A stretch of 64,000 nt of DNA. Source: the human T2T-CHM13v2.0 reference genome, Homo sapiens. The position numbers and the translations under genes are program-made. Positions 22,977 through 35,876 of the stretch are shown here, in pieces (within the stretch, counting starts at the first letter, position 1; each line of letters begins with the position of its first letter). A model generated the notes under the pieces. It had not been told where the DNA came from, did no database searches, and worked only from the letters and a program-made list of their open reading frames with translations. Where the stretch lies: the NCBI RefSeq assembly GCF_009914755.1, contig NC_060942.1; one strand, written 5' to 3'.

Positions 22977-25366
22977 TCAGCCAAAAAGCAATTTAAAGTA
23001 GAGTTAAAAACAGTTTTAGCAGTAAAGTGAGTAGATTATAAGCACCTTCTCAAAAGCTATTCTCCAGGTGGCTTTTTCCTGCTGTGGCTTCACCGTGACA
23101 GTGCATTAAAGTTTCATCTAAAACATTTGTATTTTGTTTATGGTCCATTGAGAAAATAAATTCTCCCAGGAGTAAAGGGCATGCTGGTATGATGCCATTG
23201 AGAGATGTGAATCACCATAATATGTATTTAATGAATTGCCATTATAAGGTGGACTTACAGCCATTTAGAATGTCAACAGATTTGTTCATTCTAACACTAA
23301 GAAACAAAATACACTTGACCGCTTACACCAGTTCTGAAGCTAGGTTCTCTCCTTCAGTTTGAGAAGACCGTGGAGAATGGAAACAACATTTCTTCTGAGG
23401 TTGTCAGCCAGACAGGAAGATCGACAAAGGAGACATCACAACAGAGCACCATAATAGGCACTGCCAGGGACTGCCGAGCTCGGAGGCCCTGCTCATATGC
23501 AGGGGGCTTCAGTCTAGCTAAGGAGACAGAGCATAGGTGGGATGAAAGGAAGACTACCTCGGCTCTCTTAGACTTAGCAATTACCCCCTAACAGCTGACA
23601 GGGCCATGTCTTAATGCTGAGTTTCATAGGCGAATACATATTAAACTTATATAAATATACATCTTGAAGTGATGCAGAAGGAGACTGAATAGACAGACAC
23701 CCTTGGTGTTTTTTAATATGAACACATACTCACATCCCCTCAGGTTTCATGAATACTTAGGACACCATTTACACATTTCAGGGGAGGTCAGAACATGATA
23801 TCTGTTTTACACTGCTGATGAGTTCCACAATGCGGGTATTCGGAAAAGCGAGAGAACAGCAAGGGGTTGCTGACTATCCCTGGGAGCCCAAAGGCAGTCA
23901 GGGCTTCTGCAGGAAGAAGGAGACATTGGGGGAAAAATGGAGGGAGACAAAATTCATCTACTTCATAATTCTGCCTAGGGCCCACCTTAGCCTCAAAATT
24001 TGGTAGTGCTCATAAGAAAAAAACTAACCATGAATTCCCCACGCCACAGCTCAGTTGATCTATTTTCTTGACCCGTGTGGGACTGCTAACATACTTCTCA
24101 TTCTTGAAAGCTAACCAGTCGGTTGGGGAAGCAAAATTTATGTATATTTTGTGTTTTTCAAGACCCCATTCTTCCCTGAAACAGTCTACATCCAAGGGGT
24201 AAGAGCTTCTAATTGATAAAATAGCAGTGTCTTTATTTTTTCAACTCTTTTGAATCATTTAAATACTCCAAAATTGTTAATTCCTCATGCCCCCAAACTA
24301 TTATCAGTTTATAGATAATAGTAACCATCCCCATTTGACCCAAAGCACATGTATACTCTATATATCATTACATATTAAACCATAGGTACACACATAGAGT
24401 TTTACTATTAACATAATATAGTGAACATTCTGATTTTACCCATGGCCATTCTCATATCAATTATAATTTTAAAAAGCAAGAAATTGTAAGAGCAAAACAA
24501 TAAACATCAGGAATGTATTTTCGTTGATAATGATAGCTTAAATTAGTACAAACCATAAATGTTTGTGCATAACCACATTAAAAATATTTTTCCCCAAATG
24601 AAGGAATTCTGACACAAACTGCTAGTAATTGTTGAGCCACCGAAGTTGTAATGCACTTCTGAAACACATGTAATAATCATCAAACCTAAATATATCTCTA
24701 ATTAAAACAAATCCTGCTATGAGTATGCTGATCAAAAGGAAAGTGCTCTTGATATATTGCTGTTCAATTTAGCCCTCCACCTCTTTTGCAGAAATCTCCC
24801 AGGAATGCTGCAAAGCCATTAGAGTCTGCTGCATACTAAAGCTTCTAGTTTAACTCCAAAAGCATGTGTAAAATCCTGGATTATAAATCACTGTTACAAT
24901 CTACGCCCAGAAATCCATCTAGACTTATTGTTTAGGAGAAGTATTGGAAGACGATATACTAAGTAACATTTAGAGTTGACTGATCAGAAAATATAATAGT
25001 TTCAAAACAATGAATGAAAATTTTGAGTACTTCTCCATTCAACATGTATTACAAAAAATTAGGGACAATTATCACTCTTTAAAAATGAAGTCCATAAAGG
25101 GGACTACTTCTGATTATTATTAGACTCCATAAAAATGTATGAAAAGATCTGGAAAAATCTGAAAGTGCTTTAAAATATATTATTAATATTATTTTGCTTT
25201 AAATATTGCAAACTTATCTCTTCATTGCCTACTTTATTATACCAGTGCCTTTGCTTTCCCATCTATCTCCCTTAATTTCAGTGTTAATTTCTTCTTAAAA
25301 ATTTATATACCATGGCTATTTGATCCCATTGTCATTTTTATTATTACACTATACTAATAGGTCTAC

Positions 25367-25462
25367 ATATTTCTTTTAGCGGATCCTATACTTTTTAAAA
25401 ACTTGAGATCTTTCAGCACATCCTCTGCAGAACCAACACCTGGTGTCATTGCCACCAAATTC
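25367..25462 (-). pseudogene. Putative exon 1 of the model, first coding exon (96 nt; ATG 25449-25447; ends phase 2): MTPGVGSAEDVLKDLKFLKSIGSAKRN
   Basis: Acceptor ttttttcctaaacaaacttacag|; gtggcaATGa context with a purine at -3; weak donor tat|gtagac; open frame. Confidence 0.5.
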
Positions 25463-26499
25463 CTGTAAGTTTGTTTAGGAAAAAAAAATTCAATAAGAAA
25501 GTCTACAATTTCCTGAATTTGTTTTCCATGCACCAAAATTTGGAAAATTTTAGCTTTCACACGAAAGTTGATCCTCTTTTTCTTCTCCTTTTGTTTCCTT
25601 CTCTTCTTTCTTATCTTGTAACTTAATTCCCCCTCCTTTTCCCCCCTCTTGACTGCTTTCTCTTCTGCCTTTTCTCTGACCATTCTCTCTTTCATACTAT
25701 TTGTTTTCTTTTTGGGTTATTAGAAGGCTAGTTAGCTGCTGGAGTTCCTTATCTACACTGAACAGAAGCTACCCAAGAGTGTTCCTTCTGGGAAATTTTA
25801 CGACATAAAACAATCCCCATTTACTGTTTATGTGAGTATGCTGCCAGTGTAAGAGAAGGGCAAGGTTAGACATAATTACCTTGGCCATTTAGAAGGTAGG
25901 AGGGTTAATGACAGATTGAAATATAGGGCACATAGGCAAATGAGATGATTTGAACATGGAACAGAAATTAAGTAAAAAGAAAATAAGTGTATTTTGTACT
26001 TTCTTTGTGATAACTCACACCACCAAAATAATAAAGGTTTTTATCTGCAGTCATTCAGTATATGTATCTTGTTTCAACAACTAGATGTAAACTAAAGACA
26101 GATACTTATATTAAACTTCTTTCTATCCTTCAAAATGTAGCGTAGCTCTTCATATACACCAGGTGAAAGGGGTTTGAATGACATATACAAATTATGAAAT
26201 TGGTGACTACTTCAGAAACATTGGCTAAAATTGCTTGAAATTACTATCTAAGGATTTAAACAATGCAATTGGATATAAATGTATGCATATACATGCCACA
26301 TTCCTCCAAAAAGAAAGAAAATTATATGAAAACGTGAAATTGGAAATATAATACAAGAGAAAATTATATGAAAACATACATATAGTAAGATAAAATAATT
26401 TTCAATCTTGGTAACTTAAAAATAATCAACAATGTTTTCATTATTTTCAGTAAACTAAGTATCTGGGAATTGATCATAGTGAAAAAGCAACCTGTGAGT

Positions 26500-26690
26500 A
26501 GCTATGCAATTAATATTTATAGTGAGATACTGACTTATTATGTGTACTTGGATAGGTCATGTTATCTTACTTATGCTTCTGTGTCTCTGAAGTGACAATA
26601 CTATTTGCCTTTTCATCCACCTCCTCTGCAAAGATGCTCTGCAAATAAATGAGGTAATGTTTGGGGAATGTTTGCAGCTTGGGAAAGAAA
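26500..26690. mobile_element. MIR fragment
   Basis: tgtgtacttggataggtca...tgtgtctctgaagtgacaatact...aataaatgaggtaatg core-like sequence. Confidence 0.5.
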
Positions 26691-27021
26691 CCCACTGCAT
26701 ACATCTAAGAATATTCCATATTCAAGCCTTGTATATTTTGCCTCTGTTTTAAATTGAAATTGTACTGTTTAAGTTCTTGGGTTCTGACCAAAATCTGGGT
26801 CAACATAAGAGAATAATTATTTTTAATTTTAAACCTGATTCTCTGTTCCAATCTCCTGCACGTGTGAGGGAAAACTGTAGGAAATAAACAAAGCACATAA
26901 ATCAAGCTTTGGAAGAGAAAAATCTCTATCTGAAGGATTTTTTTTTTTCAATGACGAGCGTGCCCACTATTTCCCTAGAGGAATATTTCGGTCCAGGAAG
27001 GAAGATAGTGCATTCAGCATG

Positions 27022-27063
27022 AGTGTGTGTGTGAGTGTGTGTGTGTGTGCTGTGCGTGCGCGC
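27022..27063. repeat. (TG)n/(CG) alternating purine-pyrimidine tract at the promoter edge
   Basis: gtgtgtgtgtgagtgtgtgtgtgtgtgctgtgcgtgcgcgc. Confidence 0.9.
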
Positions 27064-28500
27064 CCGCGGAGAGAGGGGCGGGGGAGGCGGATGAGGAGGA
27101 TGAGATCATAGTTTCAGGATCCTCAGGAAACCCTGGTACTGGCAGCAGCCAGCCTCTGCTGTGCCCACATGACCCACAACTCTGGCAGCGGACCCGGCAC
27201 TTCCAACATTATTAAATAATAAGAAAGCGGCTCCTACTCCAGGCTCAAACCTCCCTGCAGACCAATGGACACCTTCTAAGAGTTTGGCGAGTCAGTGACT
27301 GAAGCGCCCGTCCATTCCAAGGTGTGTGCACGGCGTTTTCTTCTTTGACAGCTCCGGAGTGGGGGAGGGCGCGGGGGTGGAGGGGGTCCGTGTGCCGGGC
27401 GAGGAGTGGGCGCGAGGCCGGGCTGCCGCGCTGCCCCCGGCCGCCCGGTGCAGAGGAGCCCGCCGCGGGGCGGGAGGTGCACATGACGCGCAGCCCCGGC
27501 TGCGCAGGGACCGCAGCCGCCCACGGCGCCGGGGCGCGGACACAGGCGGCTCGGCGCTGGAGCAAGGGCAGGCGCCGCGCACCGAGCAAAGTCAAGAGTG
27601 GAAGCGGGCGGAGAGCGCCGGCGGGGGCAGGGATTCGCCTCAACGCCCACTCACGGGGTTCCCACCTGTGCGCCGGCGCCGGCCGCGGCTAGCGCGAAGC
27701 ATGTGCCGGGCGCCGCAGCCAGGACTGCGGCGCGGCGCCTCCCCGGGCGGCGGGCGGCGCCTCAGGCCCGCGGGGCGGCGGTAGCGGCTGCTGCAGGATG
27801 TCCGGCCCGGGGGCGCGGGGCCGCGCAGGTAAATCTCCCCCGCCCTCGAAGGCCTTCGCAGCGCCGCAGCCCCTGCTGCTGCCGCGGCGCCGCTCGGGGG
27901 GTGGCTATGGCAGCCGGCTCCTTCGCGTCGCGGGTTGAGTTGTTTTCGTTGTGGTCGCTGCCCTCTTGGTCATCCTCTCGGGCTGAGCTGGTGGGAGGTG
28001 GAGTGTCTACCTCCATTAGGGATGATACTCACGTCGGGGAACAGTCTGAGGGGTACTGACTGGGACATCCGCGTTGGGTTCCTTTGCAGCCAGCGGCGTC
28101 CTTTCGTGTTGCAGTGCACTGCGGTGCCCGGGCCGATGCCTGGGTGGGAGTGGGCTCCGGGCCCCGGGGACGGGGGGCGGCGGGGGCGGGTGGGCACGGG
28201 GGTGAGTGTCTTCGGCTTTTATAGCCTGTTGCCCACTTCGAAGTTTTCTGCTGGACAGAGGGCAGGCGGGAGGTTCGTTCTGGTATCCGGAGTGGGAGTT
28301 GAAGAGAGGTGTCTGTCAAAAGACCAAAGCCAAAGAGAGAAGAGGGGTGGCGACGGCGAGGCTGGGACTCAGTGGTACCACTCCTGGGACTTGAAGGTAA
28401 AACTTTGCTGTTTAGTAGGCTTGGGGTATGGCTTTGGAAAGATAACTGTAGAACTTGGCCGTGAGGGGCGCAGGGGGAGGGGGCAGGGGAGGCGCAAATA
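27050..28500. promoter_or_regulatory. CpG-island promoter with GC box
   Basis: Abrupt switch from AT-rich flanks to very GC- and CpG-rich sequence; ggggcggggg at 27075-27084. Confidence 0.95.
27097..27321 (+). other. DTNA: Non-coding first exon (5' UTR), probably of alpha-dystrobrevin; TSS approximate
   Basis: Ends at donor AAG|GTGTGT. The sequence cggacccggcacttccaacattattaaataataagaaagcggc...ccattccaag is recalled as DTNA mRNA leader (not verified by search). No dystrobrevin coding exon is present in the window. Confidence 0.72.
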
Positions 28501-28769
28501 TTGGATGTGCCTTGCAGTGAAGCTTACCATGCTTTACATTTATTCTTATTCTAAAAAAATTGTCTTTTGAGTTGATGCTTATGTTTTCCTGTTATATGTC
28601 ATCACTTGGCATTTAATGTGTTTGTATTTCCTTTTGAACCTCAGAGATACTTGTATTGTTGAAGTGTACAGTTACTGATTTCTTTAAAAAATAATGGTTT
28701 TTTTTTTCTTTTGCTTATTCCAAAGGTGGAAACTTTAGGAAAAAAGTGTTCCACATGTTCCACGGTTCT

Positions 28770-28920
28770 ATATGGCTTAGATTTATTCACTGTCTTAATT
28801 CTTAGACCACCAAGGGAGTAGGTAATGTTATTAAACAACTTTTGCAGGTGAGAAAATCCGGGCACAGAGAGATAAAATAACTTACCCAAGGTCATACATT
28901 TATTAAGTGTTAGGAGTCTA
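28770..28920. mobile_element. MIR
   Basis: ttttgcaggtgagaaaatccgggcacagagagataaaataacttacccaaggtcatac core. Confidence 0.8.
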
Positions 28921-30011
28921 GTTGGGCTTTTCATGCGCCCCTAATCAACTCATTATACCTAAAGTCTTCTATACTGACCACATCTTTCTATGAAGATGAA
29001 CCTTAATAGGTATGTGCTGCATGTTCAGAACAATTAACTCTTTTTCTACTTTTTCTTCTTCTAACTTTCAATACTAAAATTATGGCAAATAACGTTTGAG
29101 TAGTTTCCTTTCAGCACAATTAACCAAGTGTCCTACAGTAATTAAAGTTGCATGTCCTACAATGATTAAAGTTGCATTTCACCATAAAGTTGAGATTTTC
29201 AGCCGTTAAGATGTATCAGCAAAGTAAATTATTATAAAGCAAATGGCTAAAGCTATATGTTTGTTTGCACTTAATTTTAAATTTCATAGGTTATTAGTCT
29301 GTTCTTTGTTCAGATCATGACCATCGTTTTCTTCAGAACACCATCTTCCAGATTTTTGAGGAAGTTTAGTTATATTTAACCCACTCACTCTGGCGAGAGT
29401 TGGGCGGTTTTAAAAGAAGAATTGTGCAATTCTCTTTCAACTATCAGTGATTAAAAGCAAGCTGTATTTTAAGGGCATTCGAGTCTGTCATGTCATTTAG
29501 CCAATTGTATGTACTTTATACAGAATTGTGTAGCGGTGAAGACTGAAATCAAATTTTCTCATTAGTTCTAAGTTGAAATACTTTTAAAATCTCCACTTGT
29601 TTTAAATGAACCGTGATGTGAAGAAAGGTCTCAATGGGGTGAGCTCCAACTTACTTAGAGAATTACTCTCACATATTTAGAGAATTACTCTTCATTTGAG
29701 CTTATCATAGAGCTTTCACAATATTCATTTTATTGGGCAGATGTCTCTTAATTCTTCATCTGTTATTTTTTTCAAGTAAATTTTAATTGCTTCTTCACAT
29801 AACGAGTTTCAAAATTATTTTGACATTCATAGATTTCCTTTAATTCTCATCTTTCACTTTAATTAAATTCAATATGTATAATTTCAAACTCACACTTACT
29901 CAACATTATAAGTAAAAAGAGAGTGGAATCCAACTAAACGGCACGGAAACATGATCTGTGGATATGAGAAAAAATATTTGGCTCTTCAGTGGTTAACCAT
30001 CCCCTCCCTGC

Positions 30012-30012
<1 letters not shown>

Positions 30013-30050
<38 letters not shown>
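30013..30050. repeat. (CA)n microsatellite
   Basis: About 19 perfect units. Confidence 0.97.
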
Positions 30051-30051
<1 letters not shown>

Positions 30052-31164
30052 AGAATTATGGCTACATCTTTATTTTGGGATGCTACAGTGCAGTCCTGTG
30101 GTCAGAGTGGTTGTATGCTATCAGTCACAAATGTTTTTGATATTGAACTTGAATTTGATTTTTCCAAGTCCATTTATATATAGTGTTGATTGTTATCAAG
30201 ACATAAATCCTGTGATACATACATATATCCTTTCTTAACTCAGTGTTCCAGTTTTCTAGCGTCTGTTACTTATTTTAGAGACAGCTTGCTACTTTTATCT
30301 CACTTGGTAGTTTTGACATGACCTTTTCCTTTCAAGTCCCACACCTCTAGTTTGAAAGAATTGTACTGCTTCTGCTTCTACAGAGCCTCTTTTTTCCAGG
30401 TGTGGGGTGCAGGAGTGGGGCTCAATAGTGAGCAGAAAGATCTGTGAGCCCTGACTGCACAGGGGGACAAGTTTTAATAAAATAATTATACCAATAAATG
30501 ATTACTTGTAAGTTGAGCTAAGTTTCCTGAATGAAAGAAGTTCTATGAGAATATCTATTAAAGGATTCTGGACTAGACATGGAGGTCAGAACAAGATGCC
30601 TGAAAAGCCACATATTTGTGCAGGAATGACACGTGAGAAGGTGTGTACTAATTCCAGTAATCTTTTCCTAAATGCTTGCATGTTAATTTTCTGAATTATG
30701 TTCTGAATCAGAGATGTGTGTCACTCTAGTTACTTCTGTATTCACCAGGAGACATACTATTTCACCTCATTATCCATCCATGGACATGGGGAGGTTTACA
30801 AAACTATCAGTACTTTTTTTTAAAGCACATGGAACATGTGCTACCTTTATGTGGTTACTCGCCTATTTGCAAAGAGTTATTTAGGTTTAATGTAATATAG
30901 TCATTTTCTTTCTTTTCCTTGGCAACTACTTTCAAACTGAAAGAAGTAGTTCTGTGTGGTTTGGGAGGTTTTTTTGTTGTTGTTGTTTTTGATAAAGTGC
31001 CAGGATGTCTCAAAATAGAACTTTAATTGATTTATCACACAGTCCCTGAGATTGTCTCAACTACCCAAAAGAAGAGAAGAGGCTTCATAGTGATGGAGAT
31101 GATATTGAGTGCTGAAGATGCTGGGGAAATTCATATTAATGAGTTCAAGCAAACATAGGAGTGA

Positions 31165-31390
31165 CTAAATTTATTGAACATGTACTGTATACTGAGCGTC
31201 ATTCTGTGGTCTCTATATAAATTAAATGACGTACTCTTCACAAAAGCCATGTGAGGCTTGCATATCATTATCTCCATTTTATAGAAGGGAAAAATGAAAC
31301 ACAACGGGGAGAGTAACCTTAACCACTGTCACATAGTTTGAGATGGTGTTTAAGACAAAGGATTCTGATTCTGTATTTCATACTATTAAA
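31165..31390. mobile_element. MIR
   Basis: atttattgaacatgtactgt...ctccattttatagaagggaaaaatgaaac. Confidence 0.7.
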
Positions 31391-31803
31391 TATTGATGTA
31401 TAATACCTGGCTCAGAATCTTACTGCTGAATTAAATTTCCATTGCTGTTGAAAATCATAACACCCCCTAATCTGATATTTCCATTGTTTAAAAAAAAAAA
31501 AGTGGAAAAAATAGAACTTCCTTTATATGAATACTTTTTGCCCCATATTTTATACGTGAAAAATATACAAAACATGAAGATATGTGAGTGCTAGACAAAA
31601 ACAGATGACTAATAGATTATGAGAAATGTTTCATTATATTATGTATTTTTTAATTCAAAAATGGTAAATTGAGCACCATTTGAAACTATTAAAATTTTTA
31701 AAATCAAAAGTACAAGAGTATCTATATTAGCATTTCAAATGATCAGGAAAATATCTTTAACAGCTAAAGGTTCTGTGATCATTAATTAATGTAAGAATTT
31801 TAA

Positions 31804-31938
31804 GGCTGGGCACGGTGGCTCAAGCCTGTAACCCCAGCACTTTGGGAGGCCAAGGTGGATGGATCACCTGAGGTCAGGAGTTCGAGACCAGCCTGGCCAA
31901 TATTGTGAAACCCCGTTTCTACTAAAAATTCAAAAATT
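31804..31938 (+). mobile_element. AluS left arm only, fused to the following AluY
   Basis: cacctgaggtcaggagttcgagaccagcctggcc then the A-linker; no right arm of its own. Confidence 0.9.
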
Positions 31939-32299
<361 letters not shown>

Positions 32300-34262
32300 C
32301 TAAAAATGATTTATTCCTCAATTTAAAAGTAGACTTATCAATAACTGATGCTCTCACTCTTTTCCAGTGAGAGTTGTATTTAGTCAAGGAATAATAAAAG
32401 CAATGATTTATTTTTGAGTGAATGCATGTGGTAGCCTATTTGACAGCAAGTGAAAGTCTAGAACAGTGCCAATACCTGCCCACAGCAACCAAATTGGGTT
32501 TTCTGAACAGATTTGATAGTATCAACATGGTACAGAAATCAGAACAGCTATGTGCGTATCTTTTCTTGTCACATACCCCAAAATAGACAAAAGTATAATT
32601 TCTGCTATCACACATTGCTATAAAAAGTATGCAAACATATAAATCATACTATACATTTATTTTGCATTGCCAAACATAATCTGCATAATTAGAATATATT
32701 CAATCAATACTTTTAATTAAACATTTTATTTTGAGATAATTTGAGGTTCATATGCAGTTGTAAGGAGTAATACAGAGATCCCATGGTCCCTTTACCCAGG
32801 TTTCCCCAGTGGTAAATTCTTGCAAAATGATAGTACAATATCACAACCAGGATGTTGACGTTGATACAGTGATGAACAAATTCCAGCACCAGAAGGATAA
32901 TTCCTATTGCTCTTCTATGGCAACACCAACTTGGCTGTAACTACCACCCACCTCCAACCCCTTAATCCCTTGCAATCATTAATATGTTCTCTATTTCTAT
33001 AATTTTGTCATTGCAAGAATGTTATATAAGTGGAATTATACATAATGGGAACTTTTGGGATTGGTTTTTCCACTCAGCGTAGTTTTCTGGAGATTTATCT
33101 AGGTTGTTGAATGTCCCAATAGCTTACTGCATTTTATTGCTGAATAGTATTTTGTGGCATACATGAGCTATAGCTTGTTTAACCATTCACCTATTGAAAG
33201 ACATCTGGGTTATTTTTTTCCAATTTTTTGGCTACTACAACTAAAACTACGATAGACGTTCATGTAAATATTTTTGTATTAATGTATAATATGTATTAAT
33301 TTCTTTGGGATAAATTCCCAGAAGTTACACGTTTACTTTTATAAGAAATTACCAAACTTTTCCAGAGTGGATGTGTCATTTTACATCCCCATCAACAATA
33401 TATGAGAAATAAGTTTCTCTGTATCTTCGCTAGCATTTGGCATTTGGTGTTATTGCTGTGCTGTATTTTAGCCATTCTGATAGGTGTGTAGCAATATTTC
33501 ATTGTGATTTCAATTTGCATTTCCTTAAGACTAATGATGGTGAACATCTTTTCATGTGCCTATTTGTCATTTAAATATCTTCCTTAGTGAAATGTCTCTT
33601 CATTTTCTATTTGGATTGTTTGGGAGTTTTTTATGCTATGTTTTGAGAATTCTTTATATATTCTCAATAATTGTTCTTTCTAAGATATGTGGTTTGCATT
33701 GGGAATATTTGTTTGGATTTATTTTGGGGTTACTTATTCTTTGGAAACATATTACATAGTTTTACATGTAAATAACTATTGAACTCATAATAGATTGATT
33801 CCTCCCACTTTGTTTTTCTTTTTCAAAATTGTTTTAGCTATTCTAATTCCTTTGCCTTTTCATATAAATTTTAGAATTACCTTTAGAATTATCTTGTCTA
33901 TATTAACAAAAAAGTCTTAATGGGATTTTGATAGGAATTATGTTAAAACTGCTTAGCAGTTTAAGGATAATTGATATTTAATCCATACATGTGGCATGTT
34001 TCTCCATTTATGTAGAATGTCTTTGGTATCTTTTACCAGTGATCTGTAGGTTTTGGGATTAAGTCTGGTACATATATTACTAGACTTACATATGAATAAT
34101 TTTTAAGCAATTTAAAATAATAATGTATTTTTAATTTCAGTGTTGAGGTATTCAGTGCAAATATATTGAAATTTAATTGATTTTTATGTTTATCTAGTAT
34201 CCTGGGAACTCCTGAACTCACTTATTAATTCTATGTGTGTGTGTGTATGTGTGTGTGTATAT

Positions 34263-34571
34263 AGTTGTTGTTGTTTGTTTGTTTGTTTTGAGACTGAGTC
34301 TCATTCTGTCGCCCAGGCTGGAGCGCAATAGCACGATCTATGCCCACTGCAACCTCCGCCTCCCCGATTCAAGCAGTTCTCCTGCCTCAGCCTCCTGAGT
34401 AGCTGGGATTACAGGCACCCACCCCCACGCCCAGCTAATTTTTGTATTTTTGGTAGAGAGGGGGTTTCAACATGTTGGCCAGGCTGGTCACGAACTCCTG
34501 ACCTCAGGTGATCCACCTGTATCGGCCTCCCAAACTGCTGGGATTACAGGCATGAGCCACCACGCCCGGCC
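34263..34571 (-). mobile_element. AluS, tail converted to (GTT)/(GTTT) repeats next to a (TG)n tract
   Basis: Full antisense dimer; TSD-like aattctat/agttctat. Confidence 0.93.
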
Positions 34572-35457
34572 AGTTCTATATTTTTTTGACGAATCATAGT
34601 TGAGTATGTTAATGAGGTACAATGTGATGTTTCTATATATGTATTCAATGTGACATGTTAAATCATGCTAACTAACAGATTAGCTATGTAGACCACCATC
34701 ATGTAATCTGAAAACAGAAACAATTTTATTTATTTATAATCTATATGCCTTTTGTTTCCTTTTCTTGTCCTATTGCACTGGCTAGAACTTCTGGTACTAT
34801 ATAGAATAAAAGTAGAGAGTGCAAGCATCTTTGCCTTTTGCTAATCTTCAGTGGAAAGCATTCAGTCTTTCTGCATTAAGTATAATGTTATCTGTAAGTT
34901 TTATGTAAGTGTTCTTTATCAAATTGAAGAATTTCACTTTGATTTCCATTTTTTCCTGAGTTTTAAAAAAAATCACAAATAGGTATTGATTTTTGTCAAA
35001 TGCTTTTCTTCACCAAATGATGTGATCATATGATTTTTCTTCTTTAGCTTCTTTATATGATGGAGTACATTGATCAATTTTTAACTATTGGACCAGCCTT
35101 GCATCCTTGCAATAAACTCCATTTATTCATTATGTATGATTAATTCTTTGTATGAATTACTGAATTGATTTGCCAATATTTTGTTAAAGATTTTTACATC
35201 TATATTCATGAGGAATATTGACTTGTAGTTTTCTTTTTTTGGTACTGTTTTTGGTATTAGTATCAGGATAATACTAGCTTTATAAAATGAATAGGGATGT
35301 GTTCCCTCTTCTATTTTCTGAAAGAGATTACATAGGATTCATGTTATTTTTTTCTTTAAACTTTTGGTAGAATTCTCCAGTGAAATCACCTGGGCTGGGA
35401 GATTTCTTCTTTAGGGCTTTTTTGTTTTTAGTTACGGGACTCGATTTCTTTAATATC

Positions 35458-35876
35458 TATATTAGTGTGCTAGGGCTGACATAAAATACCACAGACTGGG
35501 TGGCTTAAACAACAGAAATGTATTTCCTCACAGTTCTGGAGGTTACAAGTCCAAGGTCATGGAGTTGGCATATTTGGTTTCTTCTGAGGCCTCTCTCTTT
35601 GGCTTGCGGATAGCTGAGTTCTCACTATGTTTTCACGTGGTCTTTTCCTCAGTGCTCAAGCATCCCTGGTGTCTCTCTGTGTGTCCAAATTTCCTCTTTT
35701 TGTAAGAACACCAGTCAGATTGGATTAGGCCCTAAACACACCCTAACAGCTACATTTTAATTTAAACTCTTTTTTATCTTAATCACTTTCTTTAAAAGTC
35801 CTATCTCTAATAGAGTCACGTTTTGAGTTCCTGGGGGCTAGGACTTCAACATATGAATTTGTGGGACGACACAGTA
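35458..35876 (-). mobile_element. MLT1A/B-type LTR
   Basis: ccacagactgggtggcttaaacaacagaaatgtatttcctcacagttctggagg...ggacttcaacatatgaattt. Confidence 0.85.

Noticed and set aside
23253-23460. Further minus-strand exon candidates with donors GTAAGC and GTAAGT
   Set aside because: No clear acceptor, ambiguous frame and no consistent phase with the chain.
25363-25695. 110-aa minus-strand ORF as an intact gene
   Set aside because: The N-terminal K/E/R-rich part comes from a low-complexity purine tract; only the part after the acceptor at 25462 looks exon-like.
27245-28570. Many overlapping ORFs up to 211 aa in the CpG island
   Set aside because: Ala/Arg/Gly/Pro-rich products on both strands are expected from stop-poor GC-rich DNA; no recognisable domain.
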